DNA of 64,000 nt from Candidatus Latescibacterota bacterium (GTDB lineage Bacteria > Latescibacterota > UBA2968 > UBA8231). The notes below the pieces were generated by a model. That model did not search any database. It was given only the letters and a program-made list of their open reading frames with translations, and had not been told where the DNA came from. The DNA is taken from positions 1,408,001 through 1,472,000 of the forward strand of contig CBDFJF010000002.1 in NCBI GenBank assembly GCA_965248265.1. Direction: 5' to 3'. The position numbers and the translations under genes were made by a program. Shown piece after piece: positions 55,256 to 64,000 of this stretch. Numbering within the stretch: position 1 is the first letter of the stretch; every line of letters begins with the position of its first letter.

Positions 55256-56137
55256 CTACAACCTGCCATTGCCCCAGCGGCGTGGACTGATGCCGGCCGC
55301 ATCACGTGCCATGTTATCCGGCCGGTTGGGCAGATCGAACTCGATGTCCCTGGTATTCAAACTGCGGAAGAATGGTTTGATCTTCTCGGGCAGCCTGGCG
55401 ATTTGCTCCGAATCGTAGTCTTCCACGTCGTCGATCGGGCCCGCCCACGCCGGGCGGTAAGCGATAGCGAGCATCCGTCGCTGGCGGTTGCTGTGGTTGG
55501 GGAAATTGCCGTGGAAGACCTTCTGGTTGATGATGGCGGCGGAACCCGCTTTGCAGGTGACCATGAGCTCGTCGGGATGGCTTAGAATCCGGCCGTAAGG
55601 ACTTCCGTCGCGGTGCATGGAAAGGTGTGAGCGCGGAATCACTTTGAAGGGCGAGCAGTCCGGGGTCAGGTCGTCGAGGTAATAGAGGACACGGGCGAGG
55701 ATGGGGGAGCTCGACTGCACCCCGAAGATCTTCGAGCCGTAGGGCTGCGAATCGGTGTGAATGGCGATCCCTGGATGACCCGGGTCGGAAGTCCCAAGGC
55801 CGATCGAGGTGCAGATCAACTCGTCGCCGAACAGGTCGCTCAGAAACTGGACGATCGGGGGATGGGCGACCAGGTCGGTGGCCACCGGGCAGTCCTTCCT
55901 CCAGATGTCCGAACACCCCTTCTTGTGCTCCGAATAATCCGTCGCCGTCAGCGGCAGACGAGAGAACTCGTCGTGGAGCGCGGAGATCACGTCGGTCGTC
56001 AGCAAGTCCGGAATGACCAGAAAGCCCTCCAACTCGATCGATCGAATCTGCTGCTGCCGGGTCAGGCTGGCCCAATCGGTGTCGTCCCGCCTGGCGTTGG
56101 CGATCTCTTCCTTCGAATTCGTGAATGAAGTATCCAT
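55256..56137 (-). CDS. PhyH-family dioxygenase
   Basis: EGFLVIPDLL, IHTD, YLDDLT, IPRSH, KAGS, FHG, RRML. Confidence 0.88.
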   Translation of the reverse strand: MDTSFTNSKEEIANARRDDTDWASLTRQQQIRSIELEGFLVIPDLLTTDVISALHDEFSRLPLTATDYSEHKKGCSDIWRKDCPVATDLVAHPPIVQFLSDLFGDELICTSIGLGTSDPGHPGIAIHTDSQPYGSKIFGVQSSSPILARVLYYLDDLTPDCSPFKVIPRSHLSMHRDGSPYGRILSHPDELMVTCKAGSAAIINQKVFHGNFPNHSNRQRRMLAIAYRPAWAGPIDDVEDYDSEQIARLPEKIKPFFRSLNTRDIEFDLPNRPDNMARDAAGISPRRWGNGRL

Positions 56138-56153
56138 GGTTCCCTTTCTCCTC

Positions 56154-57008
56154 TCAACGATCCATAAAGCCTTCCAACATGCGTGCCCGCTTCTCAGAGG
56201 TAGGTTCCTGTGACGCCCGCACATCGTGCTCGGTGACCGTCAGATGGGTCTGCACTTGCTGTTGGGCCCGCACAAATGGCTCGGCATACGCCACCTTGGC
56301 GTGCCAACCGAATTGGCCGCCGCCGATTTCGAGCCGCTTCTGGGCGAACTCCTCAGTGTGTCCCTGGGTTTCAAACATCTTTTCCGCCTTTATGCGGTTG
56401 TCCATTTGATCCGAAATGTCGACGGACACGTGAATGTCGTAGTAAGCGAATTCCACGCCCATGAAGTAGGTCGTGGCGACGTTGTGTGGGGCTCGTTTTC
56501 CTTGAACGTCTGGTTTGGCACAACGCTCCTGCGCTCGGTAGATGGCGATGCCGGCGTTGGTATGGTCATTGAGCCATGTGGCGGCTGCCCCCGGCCATCT
56601 GGAATAGGGCGCGTGGGTCAACAACACCTGCGGCCTTACATCATAGATGACTTCGGCGAGAACTTCCACCAGTTCGTCGGTGATCTTCAGCGGCAGATCT
56701 TCGAAGGGCAACGTGCGCACGTCACTGATGCCGAAAAGGGCACACGCCTTCGTCATCTCATGGGCCTTGTCAGCCGTGTACGACTCCGCGGTCTGTGCCA
56801 GGATGGCCGGGTCGCGTTGCTCCGGCGGTTTGCGCAATTCGTCCAGGAGCGGCTCGTTGTGCATGGTTGTGCCCCCGGTGACCGCGACCACGGAAACCGA
56901 GTCCCCGCGCTGAACATGATGGGCGCACGTCCCCGCCATGTGGGTGATGTCGTGCGGGTGAGCGACCACGACCAGCAGTCGCAGGGGTTCAGCGTAGTGC
57001 GTCATCAT
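56154..57008 (-). CDS. PIG-L/LmbE family deacetylase-like protein (AHPHD variant)
   Basis: VVAHPHD, AC.LFG..DVR.L, I.DVRP.VLLTH, NDH, F.TQGHT, YAEPF. Confidence 0.82.
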   Translation of the reverse strand: MMTHYAEPLRLLVVVAHPHDITHMAGTCAHHVQRGDSVSVVAVTGGTTMHNEPLLDELRKPPEQRDPAILAQTAESYTADKAHEMTKACALFGISDVRTLPFEDLPLKITDELVEVLAEVIYDVRPQVLLTHAPYSRWPGAAATWLNDHTNAGIAIYRAQERCAKPDVQGKRAPHNVATTYFMGVEFAYYDIHVSVDISDQMDNRIKAEKMFETQGHTEEFAQKRLEIGGGQFGWHAKVAYAEPFVRAQQQVQTHLTVTEHDVRASQEPTSEKRARMLEGFMDR

Positions 57009-57017
57009 CGTACTCCT

Positions 57018-58007
57018 CTATGAGCGGCCCGACTCGGCTGTCTCCGGACCGCGACCATCCGTTTCGTGTTCCATTTGCCAACCAGGCAAAGTGACGGACT
57101 GCTGCGGTTCCACCAGCTTGCCGTACAATTCGGGCCGGCGGGCTTTCAGGTATCGATAACCAGACGACTGCGCGATCTTCTCGGGTGTCAATGTACCCAC
57201 GACAACGTCGTCCTCCAATACGTCGCTCTCCACCAGAATTTCCCCAAACGGATCGATGATCATTGCCAAGCCCGGCTTGACCGTGTCATAATCCCAGCCG
57301 ATCGGGTTGCTGAACACGGCGTAGATGCCATTCTCGTACGCCCTCGTGGGAAGCCAGCGCATCAGCCACTCTCTCCCTTTGGGGCCACGGAACTCCTGGC
57401 GCAGGCGCACCGGATCCTGATGCCGGTTGTCCCAGAGCTGGCGATCGACGGTGCCTCGTCCCGGCATGAGGGATGGCAGACAGCCGGTCACGTGGGGCAT
57501 GAAGACGATTTCCGCCCCCATCATGGCGGTGATGCGGACGTTCTCAGGCAGGTTGTTGTCGTAGCAGATCAAGAAACCCACCTTGCACCCAAGCAGGTCG
57601 ATGATGTTGTATTCGCTGCCGGGGGACAGGTGAGGGTTCACGAAGGTGTGCAGTTTGCGAAACTTGGTAAGGTAGCCATCGGGACTGACGGTCACGTAAC
57701 AGTTGTAGATCCGTCCGTCGTCGCGCTCAAGCAGTCCGGCCATCACTACGGTGCTGAATTCGCTCGCGATCTTGATGAGCTCTCTCACCGATGGTCCATC
57801 CGGAACGGGTTCGGCCACCTGGAGAAGATCCGCCTTATCCAGTGGTTGGACCCACGAGTACCCGGGTACGCAGACCTCGTGGAAGCTGACGATCTCGGCT
57901 CCCTGGTCGACCGCCTTGCGCGTCAGTTCGCGAATGCGCGACAGATTGTAGGCCTTGTCATTATCGCGATTCTCAAACTGCGCAGATGCAACCCGTATCT
58001 CTCTCAT
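57018..58007 (-). CDS. Nitrilase-superfamily hydrolase
   Basis: FHE, FRKLH, LICYDNN.PEN.R, RAYENG. Confidence 0.92.
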   Translation of the reverse strand: MREIRVASAQFENRDNDKAYNLSRIRELTRKAVDQGAEIVSFHEVCVPGYSWVQPLDKADLLQVAEPVPDGPSVRELIKIASEFSTVVMAGLLERDDGRIYNCYVTVSPDGYLTKFRKLHTFVNPHLSPGSEYNIIDLLGCKVGFLICYDNNLPENVRITAMMGAEIVFMPHVTGCLPSLMPGRGTVDRQLWDNRHQDPVRLRQEFRGPKGREWLMRWLPTRAYENGIYAVFSNPIGWDYDTVKPGLAMIIDPFGEILVESDVLEDDVVVGTLTPEKIAQSSGYRYLKARRPELYGKLVEPQQSVTLPGWQMEHETDGRGPETAESGRS

Positions 58008-58292
58008 GATTGCTGCTCCATGGCTCCATCAGTTTACCGAAGCACTCCGAACCGTGCCAGAGGGCAACATACCGCATCCGTGGGCACCGACAAATCCCGC
58101 ACACCAGTCGAGTCGGGCATGGCCGTGGCTGCAACACTCGACGAAGTTCCCATTCCAGGCGTCGGGCTCGCTCGTGATGAAAACCGGATTGGGAGCAGGG
58201 ATGTAGATGAATCGGCGAGTTTGCCGCCGAATGCCTACCTTCCGTCCACTACCCAGCGGAACCCAGTCAAATAAACTCAGGAGATCAACGAC

Positions 58293-59348
58293 ATGAGCGC
58301 AGACACGATTCGCATCGGATTCATCGGAGCCGGCTCCATTTCGCGAAGTAAACACCTGCCTGGCCTGGCGGCCATTGACAACGTGGACCTGGTTGCCGTG
58401 TGCAACCGAAGTCGCGAGAGTTCGCAGGCGGTAGCCAGTGAGTTCAGCTTTTCGGCTACCGAAGACGACTGGCAAACCCTGATCGGCCGGGAGGACATCG
58501 ATGCCGTCTTCATCGGCACCTGGCCCTACATGCACAAGGAGATGTCGACGGCCGTGCTGGAGGGCGGGAAGCACTGCTTCTGCCAGGCCCGCATGTGCAT
58601 GAATCTGACCGAGGCCAAACCGATGCTGGCTGCCGCACAGGCTCATCCGGATCTCGTCAACATGATCAGTCCCGCTCCCCATCCACTCGAGCATTACCTG
58701 CGCGACGTCGTGCACTCGGGGCGCCTGGGACAGATCACCTCCGTGGAGCTGCGTGTCATCGGCAGCGGCAACCTGGATCGAACCAGCGTGACCTGGCGCG
58801 AGCGAGTCGAGTTCAGCGGCAATCAAATTATGTACATGGGTATCTACGCAGAGATGCTGAATGCGATCGTCGGCCCCTACGAAACCTTATCAGCCAGTCT
58901 TTCGACGCCTATTGCCGAAAAAACAGATGAGAACGGTGAGCAGGTGCAGATCGCCATTCCACAGGTTGTTGCCATCAGCGGACGACTGCAGAGCGGAGCC
59001 CTTGCGGTCGAGCACCACAGCGGTGTCAACGCGGACCAGACCAGCGGCGGATCGAGCCTGACGATTCGCGGTCTGGAAGGGACCGCGATCTACGATCTGG
59101 GAGATAGCCTTCAGATCGGAGCCGCGGGCGAGCCGATGAGTGTGGTCGATGTGCCTGCCGAGCGCCGGACCGAGTGGACGGTGGAGGAGGACTTCATCGG
59201 CGCCGTGCGGGCGGCACGGGCAGGAAGATCGCCCGAGGAACGGCCGGTGCGGCCGGATTTCGCAGAGGGGGTTCTGTACATGCGCAAGGTAGAGGCCGTG
59301 CACCAGTCGGCGCGGACCGGTCAGGCAGTGGAGCCTGCCAAGCTGTAG
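58293..59348 (+). CDS. Gfo/Idh/MocA oxidoreductase
   Basis: IRIGFIGAG, IDAVFIGTWPYMH, GKHCFCQARM, PDFAEG. Confidence 0.9.
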   Translation: MSADTIRIGFIGAGSISRSKHLPGLAAIDNVDLVAVCNRSRESSQAVASEFSFSATEDDWQTLIGREDIDAVFIGTWPYMHKEMSTAVLEGGKHCFCQARMCMNLTEAKPMLAAAQAHPDLVNMISPAPHPLEHYLRDVVHSGRLGQITSVELRVIGSGNLDRTSVTWRERVEFSGNQIMYMGIYAEMLNAIVGPYETLSASLSTPIAEKTDENGEQVQIAIPQVVAISGRLQSGALAVEHHSGVNADQTSGGSSLTIRGLEGTAIYDLGDSLQIGAAGEPMSVVDVPAERRTEWTVEEDFIGAVRAARAGRSPEERPVRPDFAEGVLYMRKVEAVHQSARTGQAVEPAKL

Positions 59349-59499
59349 CCTCGCGCTCAATCATGTCGAGGATTCTCCGCATGGTACCGACATTGCTGTT
59401 TAAAGCCGGCTCCCGTTGATGCTGATCTCTTCTGTCTGTGCTATATATTCGGTAGTGACGAAGTGGTAACCCTGTTAGCCGTAGACGCTGGAGACGATC

Positions 59500-60198
59500 A
59501 TGACCGAGATACGTTCAAGCACTGGAAGTCAACCTGTAGCTTACCTGGATGTCGAGAGTCGCGCGACGTTTGTCGTGCAGACCTACCTGCATCTTCTAGG
59601 CTCGATTTGTGCCTTCGCCGCAATCGAGATCTTTTTCTTCAAGAGCGGCATGGCCGAACCGATGGCTGTCGCCATGCTCGGCACGAACTGGCTCTTCGTT
59701 TTGGGTGCATTCATGATCGTCGGTTGGTTTGCCAGCAGCGCTTCCCACCGCGCGACTTCAATGCTGACCCAGTATGGTGCGCTGATTCTGTTCGTCGCCG
59801 CCGAAGCCGTCATTTTCGTGCCCATGCTGTTCATGGCCCAGTACTATGCACCAGGAGTTATCGAGAGCGCTGCGACTGTGACCCTGGTTGGCTTTGCCGG
59901 TCTGACCCTGGTCGCCTTCGTGTCCAGAAAGGACTTCAGCTTTCTGGGAAGTGTACTGCGCTGGGGTTTCATCGTTGCCCTCGTCCTCATCGCCGCGAGC
60001 GTCCTTTTCGGTTTCAACCTGGGAACGTTCTTCTCCGTCGCCATGATCGCCCTTGCCGGGGGAGCTATCCTCTACAAGACGTCGGGGATACTGCATCACT
60101 ACACTCAGGATCGCCACGTCGCCGCTAGCCTGGAGTTGTTCTCATCTGTCGCACTGCTTTTCTGGTATGTCTTGCGACTATTCATGTCCCGGCGCTGA
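59500..60198 (+). CDS. Bax inhibitor-1/YccA family membrane protein
   Basis: R.TF...TY.HL, RKDFSFLG, 7 TM, ASL.LF..VALLFWY.LR. Confidence 0.9.
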   Translation: MTEIRSSTGSQPVAYLDVESRATFVVQTYLHLLGSICAFAAIEIFFFKSGMAEPMAVAMLGTNWLFVLGAFMIVGWFASSASHRATSMLTQYGALILFVAAEAVIFVPMLFMAQYYAPGVIESAATVTLVGFAGLTLVAFVSRKDFSFLGSVLRWGFIVALVLIAASVLFGFNLGTFFSVAMIALAGGAILYKTSGILHHYTQDRHVAASLELFSSVALLFWYVLRLFMSRR

Positions 60199-60319
60199 CG
60201 ATTCGGGACAGAGACCATGAGCGAAAACCCACGATCGAGTGTGGCTCTGGTTCAACCAGGGTTTCCATGCAGTGTTAACCCACCTTGACGTTGCCGGCAG
60301 ATCTGCCTAGCATCAAAGC

Positions 60320-61411
60320 ATGACGGACACCTTGAAAGAAGCCGGACCGGACGCCACCCGCGGCGTCGACGACGGAACGCAGACCCGGGACGCGCGTGGT
60401 GAGTGGATGCCACGCGTTCTGACCAAGGCTCAACCCTTCGTGTGGCCGATTCAACCAAGAAAACTGCTCCAGTTTCTCCTTGGCTTTCCGGGTTTTCTCT
60501 GGCCTCTTGGGGCGGCGGCCCACTACGGGCTTGCGGCGTTGACGTGGCGCTATCTCCAGCCTGGGGCGGACCAACTGAGCAACTTCAGCCAGCTGAGTCC
60601 CGAATGGATCCTGCCGATGTACGCGCGCAACGTGGCTATGCTGCTGCTGGTCGCCGGCAGCCTGCACATCATTCTGTATCGGCGCCGCATCCAGGGCACC
60701 CGCTTCAAGTACAATGCGCGGTGGCAGAACAGGTCCAAGGCGTTCCTCTTCAACGACCAGGTCAAGGACAATGTGTTCTGGAGTGTCGCCAGCGGCGCCA
60801 CTATATGGACGCTGTACGAAGTCTTCATGCTGTGGGCGTATGGCAACGGCTGGGTACCTTTCGCCACTTGGCGAGATAACCCGGTGTGGTTCTTCGGGTT
60901 GGCCGCGGTCTTGCCGTTCTGGCAGGACCTGCATTTCTACGTCGTGCACCGAATTTCGCACTGGAAACCATTCTACAAAGCGGCACACTACCTGCATCAC
61001 AAGAACACGAATGTCGGACCCTGGTCGGGTCTGTCCATGCATCCGCTAGAGCACATCGTTTACTTCACCCGATGGATCATCCTGTTCCTCGTCCCATCTC
61101 ATCCCATCCACATGTTTTACCTGATGCAGCGTCCCGCACTCAATCCAGCCATCGGGCACACCGGCTTCGATCAGATTATCATGAACAAAGACTCGGAACG
61201 AGGGATGTCTATCGATTCGTTCTTCCACTACCTGCACCACCGCCACTTCGAATGCAACTACGGCACCCCCACGGTGCCGCTGGATCGCTGGTTCGGCTCG
61301 CTCCATGATGGGACTCCGGAGTCGTTCGAACGGATGCGTCGCAAGCGGCGCATGCCGCCGGAGGTTGATGCGAACTCGGATCGCAGCACCTCGGTGGAAG
61401 CTCAGGCATAG
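60320..61411 (+). CDS. Sterol desaturase/fatty-acid hydroxylase family protein
   Basis: His boxes HFY..HR..H, HYLHH, HYLHH..F.CNYG; PWSGLSMHP.E. Confidence 0.9.
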   Translation: MTDTLKEAGPDATRGVDDGTQTRDARGEWMPRVLTKAQPFVWPIQPRKLLQFLLGFPGFLWPLGAAAHYGLAALTWRYLQPGADQLSNFSQLSPEWILPMYARNVAMLLLVAGSLHIILYRRRIQGTRFKYNARWQNRSKAFLFNDQVKDNVFWSVASGATIWTLYEVFMLWAYGNGWVPFATWRDNPVWFFGLAAVLPFWQDLHFYVVHRISHWKPFYKAAHYLHHKNTNVGPWSGLSMHPLEHIVYFTRWIILFLVPSHPIHMFYLMQRPALNPAIGHTGFDQIIMNKDSERGMSIDSFFHYLHHRHFECNYGTPTVPLDRWFGSLHDGTPESFERMRRKRRMPPEVDANSDRSTSVEAQA

Positions 61412-61513
61412 CGATCGACCTCCAGCGCAGGCCAGCATTCCTTGCGGGGCCGGCCAGGCCAACGTAGTCTGCTTGCGCAACGGACCCAACATGCCGATTT
61501 GGAGGCAATCCAG

Positions 61514-63538
61514 ATGACTTCCGGACAACTTGCCAGGGTAACAGCCTCAGAGATCAAGCCGCCGCCCGCGTGGGCGACGATGCAGCGCCACCTGATGCGC
61601 ACGATGGAGGAGGCTGCCATGGTCGCAGTTGAGAAGTATGCGCGCCCGAGCGGACTCGTCTACCACGTTCACGACGTCGACGACGGGTATGAGAGTCGCT
61701 CGATGAGAGGCCGCTTCTACGCGATCGGGGCGAGTGAGAAGATGCTGGAGGTTTCCCTGAAGGAGTGGGACGCGATGACCCGGTTCTACGACGACGGCGT
61801 CAAGCAACCCGAGGGCATGCTGCCCAATCCGATGTACATGCCGCAGCTTCACAACGAGTGGTGGAACCTGGCGGTCCCGTACAATTCGGACGCCTTTCAC
61901 ATGGGAGAAGGCAGCCAGTACTTCTACGATTTCGGTCTGGCCGACCCGACGAACTCGGAGATGATCCGCCGTGCCCGCAGGTTCGCGGGGATGTACCTCG
62001 GGGAGGATCCGGAGGCGCCCAACTACGATAAGGAACACAAGATCATTCGCTCGCCGTTCCACGGCAGCGAGGGGCCGTGCCTACAGGCCAAGAGCAAGTA
62101 CCGTCTCAGTCATTCGACAGGTGACACAACCGGCGACCTGGAACTCGTCATCGCCTGGCTGGACCAGCCGGGACATGGCGGCTTCTTCCACCGCCACCGG
62201 CCCGACGGAGTCCCGTCCGGAAAGGCTCGCATCTCGCCACTCTATCCAATAGTAAAAGACCTGGATCCATATTGGTTCCAGGATGAGGAGTATCAAGAGT
62301 ACATCCTGAAGTTGTTCGATGATATGGTGTTGAACTCGGACGAGCCGGCGAATCTGGCGATGACGGGGCTGGTCACCAACGCCTACCTGTACACCGGCGA
62401 GGACAAGTATAAGAACTGGGTCCTCGAATACGTCGAGGCGTGGATGGATCGGATCAAACAGAACGATGGGATCATTCCGGACAACATCGGGCCGACCGGT
62501 ATCATCGGCGAGAGAAGGGGGGGCCAGTGGTGGGGTGGAATACACGGCTGGAACCGTCTCTACTTCACGCCAGGTTTTCGCATCCTCATCGGTCTGGCCA
62601 TCGGCGCCGAGTGCGCGCAGCTGTTGAGTGGCGACAACGGCTATCTGGACCTGCTGCGCTCGCAGATCAAGGTGATGCTGGACCGGGGCAAGAAGCGCGA
62701 GGACGGGCAATTGATTGTCCCGACCCGGCATGGCCCGGAGGGTTGGGACGAGTACGTGCCGGTGCAGATGCAGTCGTTGGTTCTGCTCTACCACGCCTCC
62801 ATGGCGGAAGACGACCTCGAGATGTTGCGGTACGTGCGTGACAACGAGGTGGAGCGCGATTTCAACGAGTTGAGGCCTCACGGCGATCGTGGCGGCGCCA
62901 ACCTGGAGGCGAGGTTCCAGTACTACGAGGGCCGCCTGCCGGACTGGCCGACGAAGACGCTGGCGGCGGACCAACTCTACGTCAACGCCATGCATGAGAA
63001 CATGCGAAGGGACAACCGGTCAGTGGAGGAGATCATCGAGGAAAACCGCTGGCCCGCCAACCCGGTCACCGTCAAGGGGCTGACGCACCTGACGCAGGGT
63101 GCGCCTCAACCTGTCTACAACGGCGGCATGCCAAGGTACACGGTGCGTTATTTCGACACCGACCGTGTCCGCCCGGGCCTGCCAGAGGACATTGCCGCGT
63201 TCGTGGACGAACTCAAGGCGGATGCCGTCGGTATTCAGTTGGTGAATACGGGTTCAGAAGCTCGAAACCTGATCGTTCAGGCGGGGGCGTTCGGCGAGCA
63301 CAGCTTCACGAGTGTGAAATACGTCGAACATGACAACGCCGCGTTGGACAAGAGCGCTGGCGCCTGGTTGCGCGATTCGACGAATCCGCAGGCGCGCGAA
63401 GTGCCGGCTGATGGCAAGCACTTCGCGGTACAACTACCGCCGTTCGCGTCGGTGCGGCTGGAGGCCGGCTTGAGGCGCTTCACCAACAAGCCGACCTACG
63501 CGTTTCCGTGGCACGGGAACAGTGTACCGGTGGAGTAG
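61514..63538 (+). CDS. Conserved hypothetical protein (674 aa), paralog of 26855-28801
   Basis: GGAGG RBS before ATG 61514; shares many identical blocks with the first copy. Confidence 0.85.
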   Translation: MTSGQLARVTASEIKPPPAWATMQRHLMRTMEEAAMVAVEKYARPSGLVYHVHDVDDGYESRSMRGRFYAIGASEKMLEVSLKEWDAMTRFYDDGVKQPEGMLPNPMYMPQLHNEWWNLAVPYNSDAFHMGEGSQYFYDFGLADPTNSEMIRRARRFAGMYLGEDPEAPNYDKEHKIIRSPFHGSEGPCLQAKSKYRLSHSTGDTTGDLELVIAWLDQPGHGGFFHRHRPDGVPSGKARISPLYPIVKDLDPYWFQDEEYQEYILKLFDDMVLNSDEPANLAMTGLVTNAYLYTGEDKYKNWVLEYVEAWMDRIKQNDGIIPDNIGPTGIIGERRGGQWWGGIHGWNRLYFTPGFRILIGLAIGAECAQLLSGDNGYLDLLRSQIKVMLDRGKKREDGQLIVPTRHGPEGWDEYVPVQMQSLVLLYHASMAEDDLEMLRYVRDNEVERDFNELRPHGDRGGANLEARFQYYEGRLPDWPTKTLAADQLYVNAMHENMRRDNRSVEEIIEENRWPANPVTVKGLTHLTQGAPQPVYNGGMPRYTVRYFDTDRVRPGLPEDIAAFVDELKADAVGIQLVNTGSEARNLIVQAGAFGEHSFTSVKYVEHDNAALDKSAGAWLRDSTNPQAREVPADGKHFAVQLPPFASVRLEAGLRRFTNKPTYAFPWHGNSVPVE

Positions 63539-63552
63539 GACTGTGAGGCGTT

Positions 63553-63939
63553 CTACCACATCGTGACGACCGGATAGCGCCGAATCTGCTCATCCGGTGT
63601 CACCAGTGCCAGACCATGGACAGCGGCCTGACAGATCAGCATGCGGTCGAACGGATCCCGGTGCAGGTCAGGTAGCTTGGCCAGGTGGAGGGCAGCATCT
63701 TCTCCCAGATCGAGCGAATCGATTCCGTGGCGCTCGCGCTCGGCGGGGATCAACTCGGTGGGAGCGCCATCCAACCTCAACCTGCCAAGTGCGAACTTCA
63801 CCGCGATCTCCCACGCCGACACGCTGCTGAGGAACACCCGCTGCGCCGGGTCCGTCACCAGATCCCGGGCGCGCCCGGACAGAGCCGGGTCATCGGTGAT
63901 CACCCACAGGAAAGTGCAGGTATCCAGGAGCATGTTCAT
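63553..63939 (-). CDS. vapC: PIN-domain toxin
   Basis: LLDTCTFLW, SAWEIAVK, LPDLHRDPFDRMLICQA, LVTPD. Confidence 0.93.
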   Translation of the reverse strand: MNMLLDTCTFLWVITDDPALSGRARDLVTDPAQRVFLSSVSAWEIAVKFALGRLRLDGAPTELIPAERERHGIDSLDLGEDAALHLAKLPDLHRDPFDRMLICQAAVHGLALVTPDEQIRRYPVVTMW

Positions 63940-64000
63940 TCGGATTTGCTTCCGAAGGCGTCCAGCAATTCCTCCGGGAGCGGATCATCAAACCCCGGCA
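63936..64000 (-). CDS. vapB: Antitoxin C-terminus (5' end outside window)
   Basis: PGFDDPLPEELLDAFGSKSE*, with ATGA overlap to vapC. Confidence 0.75.
   Translation of the reverse strand, partial: PGFDDPLPEELLDAFGSKSE

Noticed and set aside
57066-58274. 402-aa plus-strand ORF (similarly 48813-49796, 62081-62995, 18298-19185)
   Set aside because: Antisense shadows of genes with clear family motifs

Overview
A ~60% GC bacterial window. The gene content (TonB receptor plus DUF4249-type lipoprotein, and expanded PhyH, Gfo/Idh/MocA, sialidase-like, PIG-L and nitrilase families) suggests an FCB-group organic-matter degrader such as Ca. Latescibacterota; this is inference only. It is densely coding, with about 60 genes: mostly catabolic hydrolases and oxidoreductases, nrfHA (all-CXXCH NrfA variant), three vapBC toxin-antitoxin modules, one intact IS630-family element and a short stand-alone ATP-dependent DNA ligase. 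I saw no rRNA, tRNA or CRISPR array. The most notable observations are: (1) an intact but catalytically dead GAPDH paralog, translationally coupled to an active GAPDH and keeping the S-loop, a candidate pseudoenzyme or heterotetramer system; (2) two highly conserved ~650-675 aa paralogs of unknown function; (3) many gene-fragment junctions and diverged short duplications, suggesting frequent deletion or homology-facilitated gene replacement; (4) non-canonical active-site motifs in the PIG-L and enolase-superfamily proteins. All functional calls come from motif recognition by eye, without database searches.
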